Below, piece by piece: positions 36,101 to 50,400 of a stretch of 64,000 nucleotides of DNA. The notes below the pieces were generated by a model that was not told the origin of the DNA, ran no database searches, and saw only the letters and a list, made by a program, of their open reading frames with translations. Positions within the stretch are counted from its first letter, which is position 1; every line of letters begins with the position of its first letter. A program made the position numbers and the translations under genes. The stretch covers positions 19,406,001-19,470,000 of the forward strand of contig OZ281499.1 in the NCBI GenBank assembly GCA_965637545.1. Direction: 5' to 3'. Origin of the DNA: Phallusia mammillata. Lineage: Eukaryota.

Positions 36101-36579
36101 ACTGTAACTGCTTGCTTTAGTTCAATCATTGCTGTACAATTGACCTGTTTGGCCAGGATAAAGAGACTTGAAACTTTGGCTGCAGTTATCATTTCTGAAA
36201 AAAATGTGTCATTTGTAGGCTTAGTCTCAAAAATTTGGATGAGTTTTATTTGAACAAGACAACAGACAAGTACATATATTTTAAGTTTAACCTACATATG
36301 TTTGGACCACAAAAGGCTTGTTCAGTCATTTGCAGTTAGGTTCAGCGAAAAAAGGTTTTGCAACTTACCGACTATGTTTGTCATGTTATCCTGGAAAAAC
36401 ACTTGTAGATTGACGTACAGCGGAGACTCATCGATTGCCGCGTAAAAACTTGGTAGTGAAGGTTCATAAAATGAGTCGTAAATGACTGCAGTCTCGATAA
36501 TAGTTCTGTCTCCATTGATAGGCATCGCTACTATTCCAATCAAAAATGCAGCAATACCTATGCCAAAAACCTTGCACAT
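27145..36579 (-). CDS. Ionotropic glutamate receptor family subunit (divergent; non-NMDA-like), 21 coding exons, ~991 aa
   Basis: GT-AG exons with consistent phases: 36579-36369, 36179-36076, 35895-35863, 35738-35609, 34976-34870, 33672-33528, 33004-32868, 32686-32570, 32390-32289, 31930-31730, 31379-31242, 30775-30610, 30242-30034, 29817-29577, 29513-29381, 29225-29102, 28917-28748, 28328-28255, 28192-28091, 27864-27781, 27392-27145 (sum 2976 nt, no stops). Signal peptide MCKVFGIGIAAFLIGIVAMPING; ATD; S1 YEGFLIDLIETL; M1 FLAPFTFDSW; M2 SMWMTYGGLVHQG; M3 WWYFTMLVIAAYTANLTAFLT; S2; M4 LGIGNLGGMFITL. Confidence 0.9.
31415..31610. mobile_element. Degenerate 'cccggcccga' family MITE in iGluR intron
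   Basis: ttataggggtcggggtcggctt resembles the reverse complement of the family terminus, and tttgggc repeats follow. Boundaries are approximate. Confidence 0.4.
32034..32194. mobile_element. Short 'cccggcccga' family MITE in iGluR intron
   Basis: Ends tagaattgtaaagtgagcccaggc / ggtctggcccgcttgcaactctg, degenerate versions of the family TIR. Confidence 0.55.
33271..33365. mobile_element. 3' fragment of the same MITE family as 46-522
   Basis: aaatcattcggttgattcg...ttcggtttcggccgaat...cgattaggtacatcacta matches the right end of the 46-522 element. Confidence 0.7.
34347..34480 (+). mobile_element. tRNA-derived SINE head in iGluR intron
   Basis: A-box-like tagctcatcagttggtt and B-box ggttcgaatcc (34401-34411). 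It does not fold into a complete cloverleaf. Confidence 0.6.
35256..35464. mobile_element. hAT-type MITE (209 bp) in iGluR intron
   Basis: TIRs cagtagttctcaaact / agtttgagaaccactg, perfect 8-bp TSD ctatattg, and internal gcgtcgc repeats. Confidence 0.92.
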
Positions 36580-37254
36580 TTTGCCCACATAAACTCTTTT
36601 TTCCCAAGTCTCAAAAATCTGACACAATAAGACAGATCCAGGTGGTTGTTAAATTCGGAAAATGCTTTAATCATAAGTTATAAACTTACCTAAATTTAAG
36701 GGTGCAAAAACAACCTTTGAAAAACTTAAGAAGGAAAGTAACAATCTGAATCTGACTCAACTAAACTCTACGTAGTCGTCACAAAAACGCCTACAACATG
36801 ACTAGTTGAGAAATCGTGATTAGTTTTTAGCTGCAAGTTTTTTCTATTAACATTTTTCATGAGGATATTTTTCTACATTGACTAAGTGGCCTCCATTTAA
36901 ACAATGTAGTGTTAACTGTGACTCGAAGCACTTACTGGGTATGAAAACATAACTTAATCGGTGTCTGTTAGCAACCCCACGGACATGATCAAGAACAATG
37001 AATGAGGTCCAAGTAATTTATTGGTTAATGACAGGTAAAGATCGTTGCTTAGTAACCGGTCAAAGCGGTATGTGCAACATATTGTAAGTCCAACCAGGCA
37101 TTTCGGGTTCGGGCCTAAAGTTTGAATGAAACAATTTTGGTTTAGGACTGAATTAACACTCTGCCACATTTGCACGATTACCTTTTGAACTAATTTGAAC
37201 CCACTTCAAAAAAATTCTGCGTTCAAACTAACAGAATTTTTTTGGGCACGAAAA

Positions 37255-37725
37255 TACGGTTACTCGATTGTAAGTGAGCCTCGTTTCAAGCCCCCCAGTG
37301 ATGTTAGATACTAATGTTTCATAATATTTCCTTCTCGGACCGAACCCGAAAGTTGAAGCCCGAAACCCGGCCCGAACCTGAATCATTTAAGCGGCCCGTA
37401 TAGGTCCGAAAGTTTGATTGACAGGCCGATATATTGACGCCTCAGAAACAAAAACAACAACCACAGTGTACAATAATAGACAATTGGTGTTGAACATGCC
37501 ATTTTAGGTCTGTTTGACATTAGGTCAGACCCAGCAAAAACTGGGTAATTAAATTAATTCAAAAAAATACTGACACATAAGTGTAAAGTCGGGCCCGAAT
37601 CAAGCCCGTTTATTGAGAAGCCCGAACCCGATAAGCCCGGCCCGACTTACAATAACTCTGAAGCGCACAAACAATAAGGTAAAAAGCTTTTTAAGCCGCG
37701 GCTTGCAATCGAAAAAAATACGGTA
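37255..37725. mobile_element. pogo/Tigger-like MITE interrupted by a hAT-like MITE
   Basis: Outer ends TAcggttactcgattgtaag / gcttgcaatcgaaaaaaatacggTA. Confidence 0.7.
37296..37660. mobile_element. MITE, 'cccggcccga' family (nested copy)
   Basis: cagtgatgtt...aataactctg termini and a decayed 8-bp TSD aagccccc / aagcgcac (6/8 match). Confidence 0.8.
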
Positions 37726-40700
37726 TCCATTTTAGATTAAATAAAAATCCACTCAACCAAACCGACAATAATTCATACGGCGTTTGTCGAATAACAAAAT
37801 GATTTTTTTTTCATTCAGTATTGGCTATTGACCAATGTACAAAATCGGTTGTTTGCTTGGAAAACAATGATTTGCGTTTTTTCAAAGATGAAAAGGCTTG
37901 CACTAAAACATATGTATTGAATAAAAACTTGATGCATTCAAAAATGTTACCTCAGATTTGGAAAATAATTATTTTAAAAATTAAATAGAAAACAGCTTTA
38001 AAAATAGGCTTTCCGCTAGAGCGAGTACGCGCTTGACGTAATCGGTGGATTGTTTGCATTTGGGGGCAGGAGAGGTACCTGGAAACAGTATGATGTTTTG
38101 GGCAAAACAGTTTTTACATTGTTGCGTGTTATATAATAGCTTTGATGTTGAACAATATTCAAAAGTGTTGTTAGTGAACCAGTGTTTTGCCCAGTGCCTA
38201 GTTAGATTTATACTTTGTGATTTTAGCAGTTGTTGCTTCTGTATTTTAGTTTTTTTACAGAAAAGCGTAAAAATGGGTAAATTATCTGATAAGCATTATC
38301 CACATGAATTTTTGTTAGGTGTGATTGTGTATACTGTATGACAATATTTATTTTGGAAAAATGCAGCATTGTCAAGTCTTTTGTTTTCGTATATTTTTTT
38401 GTTTGCAAATGTTGTCAAAATTAATTAAAACGTCTTTGCACATAATGAACACAGCTTTGCAAGTTTGTACAGTAATAGGTAAACTTACTATACCAGGCTA
38501 TTTCCATCAAAACCATGTTGTCAGTTCAAAAATAACCGTTTGTAGATTTTGGTTCGTTTGTGTGTTGTGTTTGCTTTTAAATTTATCAGTTATTACTTGC
38601 GCCTGCGGACTGCGGTGCAAAGTAAAGAACATAATGCACACAAGTGTGTTTTGGCCAAACAAACAAAATGTTAATTAAAAGCTCTTCTTTACGAGTTTGT
38701 GTGCTAAATATTAGCAACTGCACAGAATATGTTTTTTATTTAAATGTCTTTCGCAGGTTAATTGTTTTGCGTATTTACTTGCATTTGCAAAAAATGCTTT
38801 TTAAATTAGATCGAGCATTTGGTTGCGGCCAAAGCAGAAAAAAGAAAAGTGCAAACATAAAGATTGCAATGTGTACATTTGATGTTGAAATTTGGTTGAT
38901 TTGATTGGTATTTAAATGTTACTGCAAAAACAATATCAACTTAAGAAATGCAAAACTTTTGGTGTTTGCGTAAAGAATGCATTTTTCTAACTTGTTTTCC
39001 TAATTTGAAAATCTACTCAATTATCAGGTAAAAAAAATTTTTAATTTGTATAGTAACTATATGTACGTTTTTTGGATTGGTTATTTTCAAGGAAGCATAT
39101 ACAACTCTTGATTCTCCATTTCACATGCTACCCAAACCAACACACCCTTTCATGAAATGGTTTAACATTGAAAGGAAGTGGCTGCATATTGGCCTAAAGT
39201 TTAACCAGGATGTTTTTTGTGTAGTGCATAAACTGACTCATACATACATGTGGGTTTCTCATACAAAGGCTGACTACTGCTTTTTGTACTAAACAACTCT
39301 ATGCACAATATAAATTTGATAAATATTGCCTATGCTACATATAAAATAAAAATATACATTTGATAGATGTGATATCTGGTCAAATTGATTGCTCTGCCTT
39401 TCAATATAGTTGCAAATTTTTGTAAACATTTAAATAATGTGGTTTACAGTATAAAATGAAAGTTTAAAAAAATGTGAGTGTATGTCTTGTTTGTCTTTAT
39501 GGCTGTCTTTTGCAAACATTGTCAAAAAGGTTATTACTTGCACTGTTGGCTACAGATATTGCTTATATGTCAGTACATTTACTTAAAGAAATATCTTGAG
39601 GAAAAGCCAGACCAGGTTCGTAATTTAGTAAATTTTTGGTTTAATTAGATAATTGCAGTTCATTTGTGTAAAATCATCAGCACATTTTGTTTTAAAATAC
39701 TTCAGGGTTGATAGTTTACCAATTACACTCCATTTATACTCCAATACGGTGTATAACTTTAGTTTTACTATCTTGTTGAACTTTTTTTTGCCTCCAGTGG
39801 GAATTTGGTGTGTATAAAGATGTACTATTAAAAATGAACTATAACATTGTAACAGTCAATAGGAGAGCTTAGAGACTTTCTTTTCCCTTGACAGTTTGCC
39901 AGCAGCAATTTTTGTTGTGCTGTGTTGCAACAAGTAAATAGATTGGGAACCAATTGCCAATGTTATTCAATCTTTGTCTATGCAACTTTTTATAAAGCCA
40001 TATAAGTACATGTGAAACTTTCAACATATAAATTTAAACTATTTCAACTGTACACAATGTAACAATATATATATATATTTATAGTTGAAATTTTATTGTT
40101 TAGTGGTTGTATTTACATATGTTTTGAAGTTGCTTGTGGTTAACCCTTAAAAACAATAGAAGGTAGACAAAATATAGTGAAATGCAGCCAATATAGGCAG
40201 TCACAGTGGCACACTGTAAATAGCCTAATGTTTCGTATAGTAGCTTGGGGTAACTGCTTTGCCAATCTGCTGAGGAAACGTGACTTTCCTATGCTCTGGT
40301 GACTGCCTGCCTAAATGCACAGTACTTATTTGAACTGCCGAAACCGGACGTGCTTCTTAATGCACACACAATCGAGTTGACACGCTATGAAAGAATCGAA
40401 GTTTGGTAGTGGGCCTGGAAGACCTGTGATTCTTTTCAAATAATAAGCATGCCTATTTATGTTTGGATCTACATATGTATCTCCAACAAGTGATTTAGTT
40501 CAATTTTAAAGCTAAAACAAAAATTTGGAAATGGTGAGACATTAAACTATCTTTGGAGCCTATTGCTTAAGCACAGTGTGCTCTACATTGCTGTTGAGTA
40601 AAGTAAACATATTTTTAGGGTCATAAGTGTTTTCTACCCAATGTTTTTGTTGTTGAAAGAAGTTTTTTTTTAATTTTTTTATTTATTTTAAAGATATGAA

Positions 40701-41426
40701 ACTATGAATCGTACACTATATGTAGTTTTGCTTTGAACTTCAAGTTTTGAAAGTTTGTTTGATAATGTCTCCATAATCCCTATAGATTGGTTAATGCAAA
40801 CAGGAGGAAATGGCACACATGTATGAGTAACGAATGACGTCATTTTAACTGTCCACATGTTTCCTTGTGCTGCTGTGTGGGTGTTTTGAATGATTGCCGG
40901 AACCTTTTGCCTGACATTCGCAATAGTATTGGAACCATTGGATAATATGTAATATATATGTAAAAAGTTACATGCTGATACATAGCATTGCAGTGCTGCT
41001 AAAATTTTAAAATTGCAAAACTTCATTTGTAATTTTTTTTGTCAGCTTCTATGACAATATCAAGTTGGCTACTAATATCACCACACATTGCTGTTTTCTA
41101 GAACATTCTTACACATATGTATAGTGTTTTAGCATGTTTGGATCACAAGAATGGTTTAACAAAGAAACCAAAAATCTCTGTGTTAACTGCTTGTTGTTTT
41201 TTTGGCAGTAGCACGTACTTGATATGTTATATATACTTAATTTGTAAAATATGTTTCTTAACTTCATTATTTTGCAGAGATTTGAATATAGACCAACTTT
41301 TGATAACCAATAATCTCTGAAACTACTGTGTTTGGGTAATGGTGACTACTATTGCACAGCACGATGTGCCTGGATAGAATGAAGCTGATTAAACTCTAGC
41401 ACTTGGATATACAACCCTTGATAAAG

Positions 41427-44400
41427 ATGTCTCTGGGAAGTTTGGACAAGGAGTTGCTGTTTGCACTCCGAACTCCAACACAGAAACGCACTGAAAGGGT
41501 GAGAAAAGTTTGTTCATGATGGTCTTTGACGTGGTAGTTATTGATTAAAAAAAGGAAAAAGGGTCATTTAATTCTAAGTAGATGGAAGAATTCTCATTAA
41601 GTATCAGTTTGACCTATTATAATTCTTGACTGACATATGTATAGATTCATGTATTCATATGTTTACTTTTAATAATGGCGAACATGTTCAAGCATCAGTA
41701 AAGTTTGCCTATTAATTCTGCAGCTTCAGATTGAAGGTATTTCCACTGTCAAGAAAGGTTTTCTTTATTTTTGTACCAAAACTTTTCTGTTTCACAGTGG
41801 TATACATTCCTATTGTTTGATAATTGTGAAAATGATAAGATTCTCATTAAGAAATATATCACTGGAATTCTTTCTTTTTCCTTGTAGTAGGATTATATTG
41901 TAATATATTTTTCATGCAAGCTGATCCCTTTCTAATATTTTAAGCTTGCATGGCTTTTGATGTGATATTATGCAATGGAATGTCCCTGTCATTCTACTAT
42001 ACCTGACCTGTGTGATGTGCCCATTATATGTCATCTAACACATTCAGCTAGGGTTCATATTAATATTTGTGCATGATTGTTACAGGAACTCAGTGTCATA
42101 TACTCTTCCCTATGTCGACTGGAAACACTTTCCAGCATGAAGGAGCAAAGTCTCCGAACCCTATGTTCCCTGGCCCGATACGAAACACACAATGCAAATG
42201 AAATTCTCTTTCGGTAAGACCTTAGCAATCATTTTCAGGGCATGTGTTTTGATGGTATTGGTGTTTATTATAGGTCCGTAATTGGGGGTCAATTGAACAT
42301 TCTAAAAGGTTAAAACAGTAGGCAAAATCGTTCGCTAAAAGGCATGACCTCATTTTATATCATTAAATTGAATGGTGCTATATGTACATATAAGTGTTAA
42401 ACTAGAATATACTTTGGTATTTTTGAACCATTGCAGGAAAGATGACCCATGTAGATGCTGGTACATTCTTATGTGTGGTTCAGTCTTTATTCAAGGATCA
42501 ATGTTTCTGCCATATGCCTGGTGAGTTATGTTATGGGAGTTTTAAGGTTATCTACCCAGAAACATATGAATCATTTTTTTCTTTGAATGACATGCATGCT
42601 TTCGCTTAATAAGGCTTAGGGATGCATATGCTGTATTTACTACATAGAATTAACAGTTACATCAGACATTTCAGCAGCAGTGGTGGAAAGAAGATTGTTT
42701 GGTAGGTTTTTATATGAAAGGCAGCAACAAGAAAAATGTTGATATTTAGAGTGAGAATATCAATGAGAAACATTTGCCAGAGTTTTATGTTCATTGTTAG
42801 TACACTTTCAAACTTTGTTGTGTGAAAACTGCTGTGTTTGATCTGCTACACTGTAAAATGGTTCACAGTCAAACCTATGAATTAAATACAATTATTGGGG
42901 TGGCCTCAACCAAAACGTGCAGACAATTAACACCAAGCCATTTGAGACTGTGAGCATTGTCCAATTATTGGCAATTAGTCTAGCCAGGGCTGTCAATCAA
43001 GTAGGGGACGTTACTACTTCTGGGCATGACAGTTTGAGTGTTGAAAATGACCATGGCTTGTTGTGTTCAGAAATTTCAAGTTTAAAGTAATGCAAATGGT
43101 AAGTAAAGCAATGCACCAAGGAAAAGTAATCCCGTCTGCACTCTTCTATGTTTTGTGAAACTACAATAGTGAAGGATTTGAGCATGAACTGTACCAGAGC
43201 AAGTTCTCAAGACCTTCTGATTCTCAAATACTTCCTGCTCGGAATAAAAGCATGTAACCGTGGTTAAGAGGTTCTTGTCCCTTTTAGCGTTCTGCTTGTG
43301 ATTCGTCCCAATTGCCAAACCTTTTGCGGCAAGGCGTTGTTACCATCGAGTCATATACTTTCGTGCTAGGAGAAACGCGCAATTACGTGGCAGCAATAAG
43401 ATTGATTATGAAGACATTCGTGCCCTGAAACGGGTATTTTCAGACTATTAACTTCACACCGCATCGCGTATTTTGTCCAAGCCTCTTATCCAACTGTCAA
43501 AACACCAGATGTCATACTGATGTAAGTGTTCTTTAGGAACGTCCGGTTCTACTTAGCTCTATGCACGTTGAATAAAAATATTGTATCAATAAAAAAAATA
43601 TCTTTAAAAAGACAATTATTCTGGCCCAATATTTTTTCATGTCTTTAAAATACTACATATAATTTGTTGCAAACGTTTACCAACACAATTTTGGTTAAAT
43701 CACTTGCATTAAAACGTACGACTTCCAACCCTCTTTTCGTCAAAGTTGTATTATTTTTATTGAATCTACTTTTCCGATCTGTCAACCATCCAAAGCTTTT
43801 CTGACAATCCTTAATACGTTGTCCTTGAACGTTGAAACGTGGTACAACAATACAATTTCCAGAAAAGCTCTATAAGGTTGATACCATACTTGACAGCAAC
43901 AGCTTTATCTGTTGAATTTTCCAGTCTGGTTTTCTTAGAAACATAAGCCAAGCCATTCGTAAAAGTCAATTTGTACATAAATATTCATGCAGTTTTGCAA
44001 CTTGTAGAAAAGCTTCGTCGTTTTGGACAATTTTATTTTAAAAATTACCATGGCCACATAGACCAAAGAGCAGCAGGTTTGATTTGCTTCAAACACGTTT
44101 TCAAAGTGGTATGACAATCAATATATCTCTTCAGTCAGGATATTATTGGGGAATGATAATAATCTTAATGCGATGCATGGCATTAACGCTCATCGCCTGG
44201 TCTGCTTAAATACTAATAGGATATAGTGGATCAGAAGTCTCTTTGACAAGTTTGACGACAGATATATCAGCTGTCCAACTATCGTAGCGAGGTCACCTCT
44301 GATTTTTCTGTTAATTCTGTTGATATAAGCGTGCTAACAATAGGTCATGTTTGCTTAAACATATTTCAAGATGGTTTTGTCAAAATTTCGGAGACTCGAA

Positions 44401-47400
44401 TTTTTCCCTAACCGAAGCGTTCGTTTCATTAGCGGCTTGTGTTAATTGAACATCATATGTGAACAAAGTGACATTTTGAATTTGATGTCTTGACCAAAAT
44501 TCCGCTTCCAGAAACAAACTGTGTAAACATGTTATACATAAAAAATCTTCGCGCCAATACATGATGAGCTGCAGACAGTACACACTATTCTTGAGACATA
44601 GTATTAATGTTGCGTTTGGTAGACACCATCATTTGGATATTTGCATTAAATTCATACCTGTCGTCTCTGCAATGCGGATTGAATATAACCAACTTTTAAC
44701 ATTGAATAAGTTTGTGTCATTATGATTGAAGGATTTCCATTGCTGCATTGTAACTGAAAGTTGCCTAAGTTTAGACATAATATCATGTGGCACACATCTA
44801 TACTTTTCGTGCTGCAGTTTCTATACCCGTCGCAGTGCGTTTTTTCTGCAACTATATTTGGCACTTGTTTCTCGCAGAAACTTCGTTATTTGGCCGCTGT
44901 GCCTTGTCGATGACAATACTGGGATTGATTGGGTCGTGCTTAACCACTTGCAAGTGACGTGGTTTGCTTGCCTTTTACTGCAGTGTAATTACAACGATTC
45001 CTATTGTCGCAGTCTTAACTGCTGCCAAGGCTGTTAAGTTGGATTGCTGTTCTTCCGAGAATGAACGTATTTGAAACTGTAGATTTTAGGAATGTTTAGG
45101 GCTATTTTCTGTTTATCTTAAATCACACTTTGGGACCGTACCAAACCATGGAGGATATTGATGTTTTTGACGACAATTTTCCTGTTCGGATGCGGACCCG
45201 GTAAGAGATATTTAACAGTTTTTTGAGAGTACAATCAAGCTTTGGCTTATACCGCATGTAAATTCATCATCCTTTTTGATGTGGTGTACTTTGTGTGGTG
45301 AGTCCCGTTTTTATTTCACAAATGCACGCAATTTCAAATATTCCAATCAACCTTCTATTTTTCCCGCCTCGCTGACTGGTGTATTAGCGCTAAGTGGCAA
45401 AGTACACAATTGCTGCATATTCTGCTATACGGTTTTGTGTACACTTTGCTAAGGTTGGGTGTGTTATCCCAGCCTACCACAAGCGTATCATCATAAGGAT
45501 ATCCGCAAGCAAAGTTATTCATTGACAACGGGCGCTGATAAGGCCTACTGATCACTCCAGTGATTGCCTTAAGACGCCGTTCTGCACTTCAGCAAGATCT
45601 TAACATGCCGAAGACGCTGATAAACGAGAAGAGAACGACTGTTCGTTTTGTTGGCCCGAACGGGCGTTCCTAATGATGACAACTTAGCAAGTGATTTGCT
45701 TCACAATCGGCGGATATTCATCTGCTAATTACTTAGTTCGCCCGCGTGTTCTCTTTCTCTCTCTAATGATGAATTGCACAGCAACAGCACTGTGTGCCCA
45801 TGACAGTCAAAACACAATAGTGCAGGTTATAAGGGTTTAAAACTCATAGGCGTTCATTTATACAGGGTGTAGGTGTTAGGTAAAATTTTCAATATAGTTT
45901 TCCTCCTATTTTTCAAATTCTATTGATAAAATACAGAATTTTTTTGAGCTTCAAACAATTTTTTTACAGTCAAAACGCAATGCTATTATTTCGCTACCTT
46001 TTTACCGTTGTGGTACTAGATTTGTCGCAAAGAAACTTTTCATTCACAAAAATTGTGTGTTAGAATTCAACAACGCTTGCCAAATAGGTTTTTGATGACC
46101 AGCGACTTGAAAGTGAAGCGTACTTCTTGGTGGGTTGACAAGCCGCTCTGTAATGAACTGTCTGTGTACAAACATCACAATGGCCCATATACATATCCAG
46201 AACAAATGCCGTTTTGTTTGTTCAAGACCAATGCCCCTTCGATGTTAAGAGCAGTTGTCAGTCTTGAACTCTTTGATTAGGTCACGAATTATGTCGCATT
46301 CATCTCCATTCTCCATGTGCTGTCATTTATTGAAAAGGGCAATACGGTGGCCTACTGCGCCACGCCTATTTGTCATGTGTTTGTTTTTCGCGAGCCACCT
46401 ATGTTGTGCTTGACCAGCTTCTCTTGTGGTTTAGGTTGGGTTGGCGCCATTTCTACTCAGCGGCTGTGTTATATTTCTAATAAGTTTGCAGGCGGTAATG
46501 AGGTTTAAGCTAAATGAGTTGAAGCCCATTTCTATGGAAACTTGTTACCCAACATGTTAGGTTAACTAAAGGTATAGTGTTGGTGTTGGATCAGGTATAT
46601 AAGATTTGGTTGAATATTTAATGCAGTCCTTTGTCTTATCGTTTCATCAACGCTTTCTGAATGACCTTTCTTGAAGTAGTTGATCTATCGTTTAACGTAG
46701 ATCTTATGTCATCGTTGTCTAAAATAGCCAGCCCCCGAATTTTCTTCGAAACCTGTGAGCTACTTGACAGAGTCATAGTTTCTAATACGGTGTGATTATG
46801 GAAGTAACGTAATGGTTTGTTTATAGATGGGTTTCGTATTTTTCTAATTTGGTTTCAGCTGTGAACTTTCGAACATATGGAATACAGTTGCCACTGTTGA
46901 AATATGAAGTGACACAAATTTTCGGACATTCTCTTTCTTGAAATTGTTGTTCCCTCCCACAGCGGTTCTTAACCGTTTTACGATTCTCCCCTAAAGTATG
47001 ACGTCACATAAAGACGTCGTCATGAAAGCACACAATGGGTATTCAACTACGCTCAAAAAATACTAATACCCACAGGTTAAGAAACACTTCCTAGCGTTTT
47101 GTGAAGTTTGTAATACAGAAGTTGACATCGGTAAAAACAAAACAGTGAGATAGCTTGTATCACGTGAATATGTTTTTGACAAATATTTTAACAATCGCTG
47201 GAGTTATCACTTATAACCAGGGTTGCTATCGACGTAAACCATTAAATAAGGACAGCTGAAAAATTAGATTTTCTTGCCAAACGAAACAAACGTTTTTAGA
47301 GAAATCTTTGCATTTATACGAACCATGACATATCACGTGCGAATTTTTGGCCAGAAACAATTTGTTTCAGCAACTCCTTGTTTGTTAAAAATACTTCGTG

Positions 47401-50400
47401 CATCTCACAACAGCATAGGTCTAGGTTAACTTTTACTTGTAGCAGGGATTTGACTTGTGTTTGTTAAAAAATAAGACAAAATAAGGATGTAAGTCAAAAA
47501 GCAGGACATTTCTTAGAAATAAGGACAATACAATTTTTCTAAGACATTGTCCTTCAAAATAAGGACAAATCTTAGAAATAAGGACAAATCTTAGAAATGA
47601 GGACGGTATGGCAACCCTGCTTATAACTAACGTAATTGTTAAAATGTCTGCAATGGAATGTATTCACTGCATATGGATTCGTATATCAGCTAACTGAAAG
47701 TTGTTTTCAAACAAGCTATACGTTCCAAGTCTGTTTCTAATGTACCTAAACTCAAGCATATAGTTTTCAGTTTCCCAACATGTTCACACGCTTGGCTGTA
47801 GCGGAAAAGCGCCCTATATGTGTTTTATGCATTATTGATTGTCACTTGGCAGCCTGGCTTTTCAGCAAGAAGCGTCGGTTGATCCAGGGCGACTTCTTTC
47901 CCCGAACTGGATCGAGGAGTTTGGGTGTTTCGTGCGTCACCACTGCACGTTTTCTCCATCTCTTATTACACTCTTGCCTCGTAAAATGGGTCCATGCACC
48001 GTCTGCGTTCTGCCTTCCGTTAACACTTAACCAAATGTTCCCCACCCCTGCGCTGGCTCATTGCCAAAGCGCTTCATATAGCGGTGTAATTTGCAACTGC
48101 TTCGTTGCATAGGGCCTTTTGCCATTCATTGCCCATCAATTTCAAAAGACACCTTGCAAAATTCTTCCTCTATATTTCCTATAATGTGGACGAGGGAGCA
48201 ATCGAGAATAACTGCATAGGTCTTTAATGCAATTATTATAGTATTTGTTTTTGTTTCTCATAGCCCTTTCCATAAACAGTAGATAGGTTGGGGGCCTAGC
48301 CGGTTTTTTATGCTAGTTTTATGCTCGTACTTTTGGTCGTAATACGGGTTTTGTTACAAAATCGGGTATGGCCTGGATTCAGGGCTTGTACTTTCGGCTT
48401 TAGCTACCTAAGTACACAGCGTCTGACAGGTGGAACGGTAAAAAAACACTTGCACGCCCTCGGGCATGCATAATTTACAAATGCAAAAACATTTTTGTGT
48501 GGACAAAACCCTAAAGTTTGGATTTGAATTTCGGTCAAAATGTCCCGAGTTTGGCAAGTTTAACGAATACTAAAATAATATATGCATAGTTAGTGTTCCA
48601 TTCAAAATGATTTGACCCAGTGTTGTATCACTCTTATTTCTGCACCGTTTTAAGCTTCGTTCTACGTGTAAAGGTAATGTTAACTATAAGTTCTTTAGGT
48701 GAAAAAAATATCATATAATTTATGAGTTAATTGCGTGACATAAGAAATACTGGTAAAAATTGTCTACATAATTAACTCCTTGTATTTTGTAAAATCTAAT
48801 TTCTGCAGTGTACTTGTTTTAACATAGTAGAACTGCATGGCACAATATCGGATGTTATTATAGTATAATATTCAAGTCCTCAAGTGGCTGGAATCAGTAA
48901 CCACAACTACAGTAGCAGTAGTACTACATATTGGTCGTCCACTTAGCGAAATTGAACCGAACCACTTGAAATACGGAACATTGAGAATAACTACTCTGTT
49001 TCTTAGCAAGCCTTAATTACTCTTCAATCAATGTGGGCAAGTTGATTGTCGTACTAGTCCTTCGTAAATTCAAATAGGTCCAAATTTTGTTGCTTATAAA
49101 TTGCTCTATTTCACATGATGTGAACTTCTTGAGACATGGGAAATAACAAGTAGATGCCCAAGAAATGTTTGAAAGCACCTGAATGCTATTTGTGTGGAAA
49201 GTTGAAAACTAGATAAATGGTTTACTTTGGTTGTATGTGCCTAAGAACGCCAAACTATAGTTAAACACGTTTTTTACCCCTTATCGATTCACACGCGAAG
49301 GTGAAAGCCACGATGGATTCAAATGCATTACAACATGCATCTTGTATACCATGACCTTGCGTGCGTTTTTTCCAAAAGAAGCGTCATGTTTGTTAGTCGA
49401 CAATGCGAATTGCTATGAAATTGACGGGTTTCTTACCAGTGTATATGTTTGACATGGTTTAGGGATAACTTGTAAAAACAGTAACAAATTTGGTCATATG
49501 GGATAGGCATGTTAAAGAAAATGATGTAAGTGGAAATAGTGTAGGCCTACACTGTCTGCACATTACTTATTTTGAGTTGGAGCTAATGCAACCATTGGAA
49601 TTGAATTTATGTGGCTCTTGTCGTTGTTGGAATGACATGTTAGTTGACAGTCAAAGCTTAAAATGAGAGAGTGAGTTTTAAATAATGTATGTTAGAGAAA
49701 ATATTCCGCCAATGTATGCATAAACTCTGGCAATTTTGCTTCCATGTTTTTAATTTAGAAGTCTCATAACTGTAAGGCCTTCCAAATGTGTAAAATTTCT
49801 AAACAATCCAAATCGATCACAGTACGCCAGGCCCATTGAAGGCGCTGAATTTATGTTCATCTTAAACAATCCAAATCGACGGTAAATTTTGGCTGTGACT
49901 CAAAGCATTGACGTTGGTCTGTTTCCAAATATCAAAGGTGTCAATTACTATCATTATCACAGGTGATAATTTGCTTTGCTACGTAGTAACTCGATAATTT
50001 TGTTGCTTATCGGGTTGTAATCACCTGTTAAACCGCACTATACTTTAATTCACTAATGTGTTTATTGGTGTTGTTATAAATATTCAAGGTCGTACTATTC
50101 TTTATAGAATTGCCTTTCGATTTTGCTTTTGCTATCCGGTTATGGCTACTGTCAAACGAAGAGTTTTTTGAAATGTTTTCAATTGATTTTAGAATCTGTT
50201 GACCCGATCCCTATTTAAACAGTGGATGACTGCCCACATAAAAAAACCTTTGCAACCATTATTGGTGGCTTTGGTGTTATTGTTATGCAAGTTTTTTGAG
50301 TTTACCGGTTTGCTTGAAATGTCACTTTCAAAACTTTCACAGACACTGGGTGGCGACCTCGAGCAATGATTTTGTAGTGAATGCGGCACCAAAACGCTTG

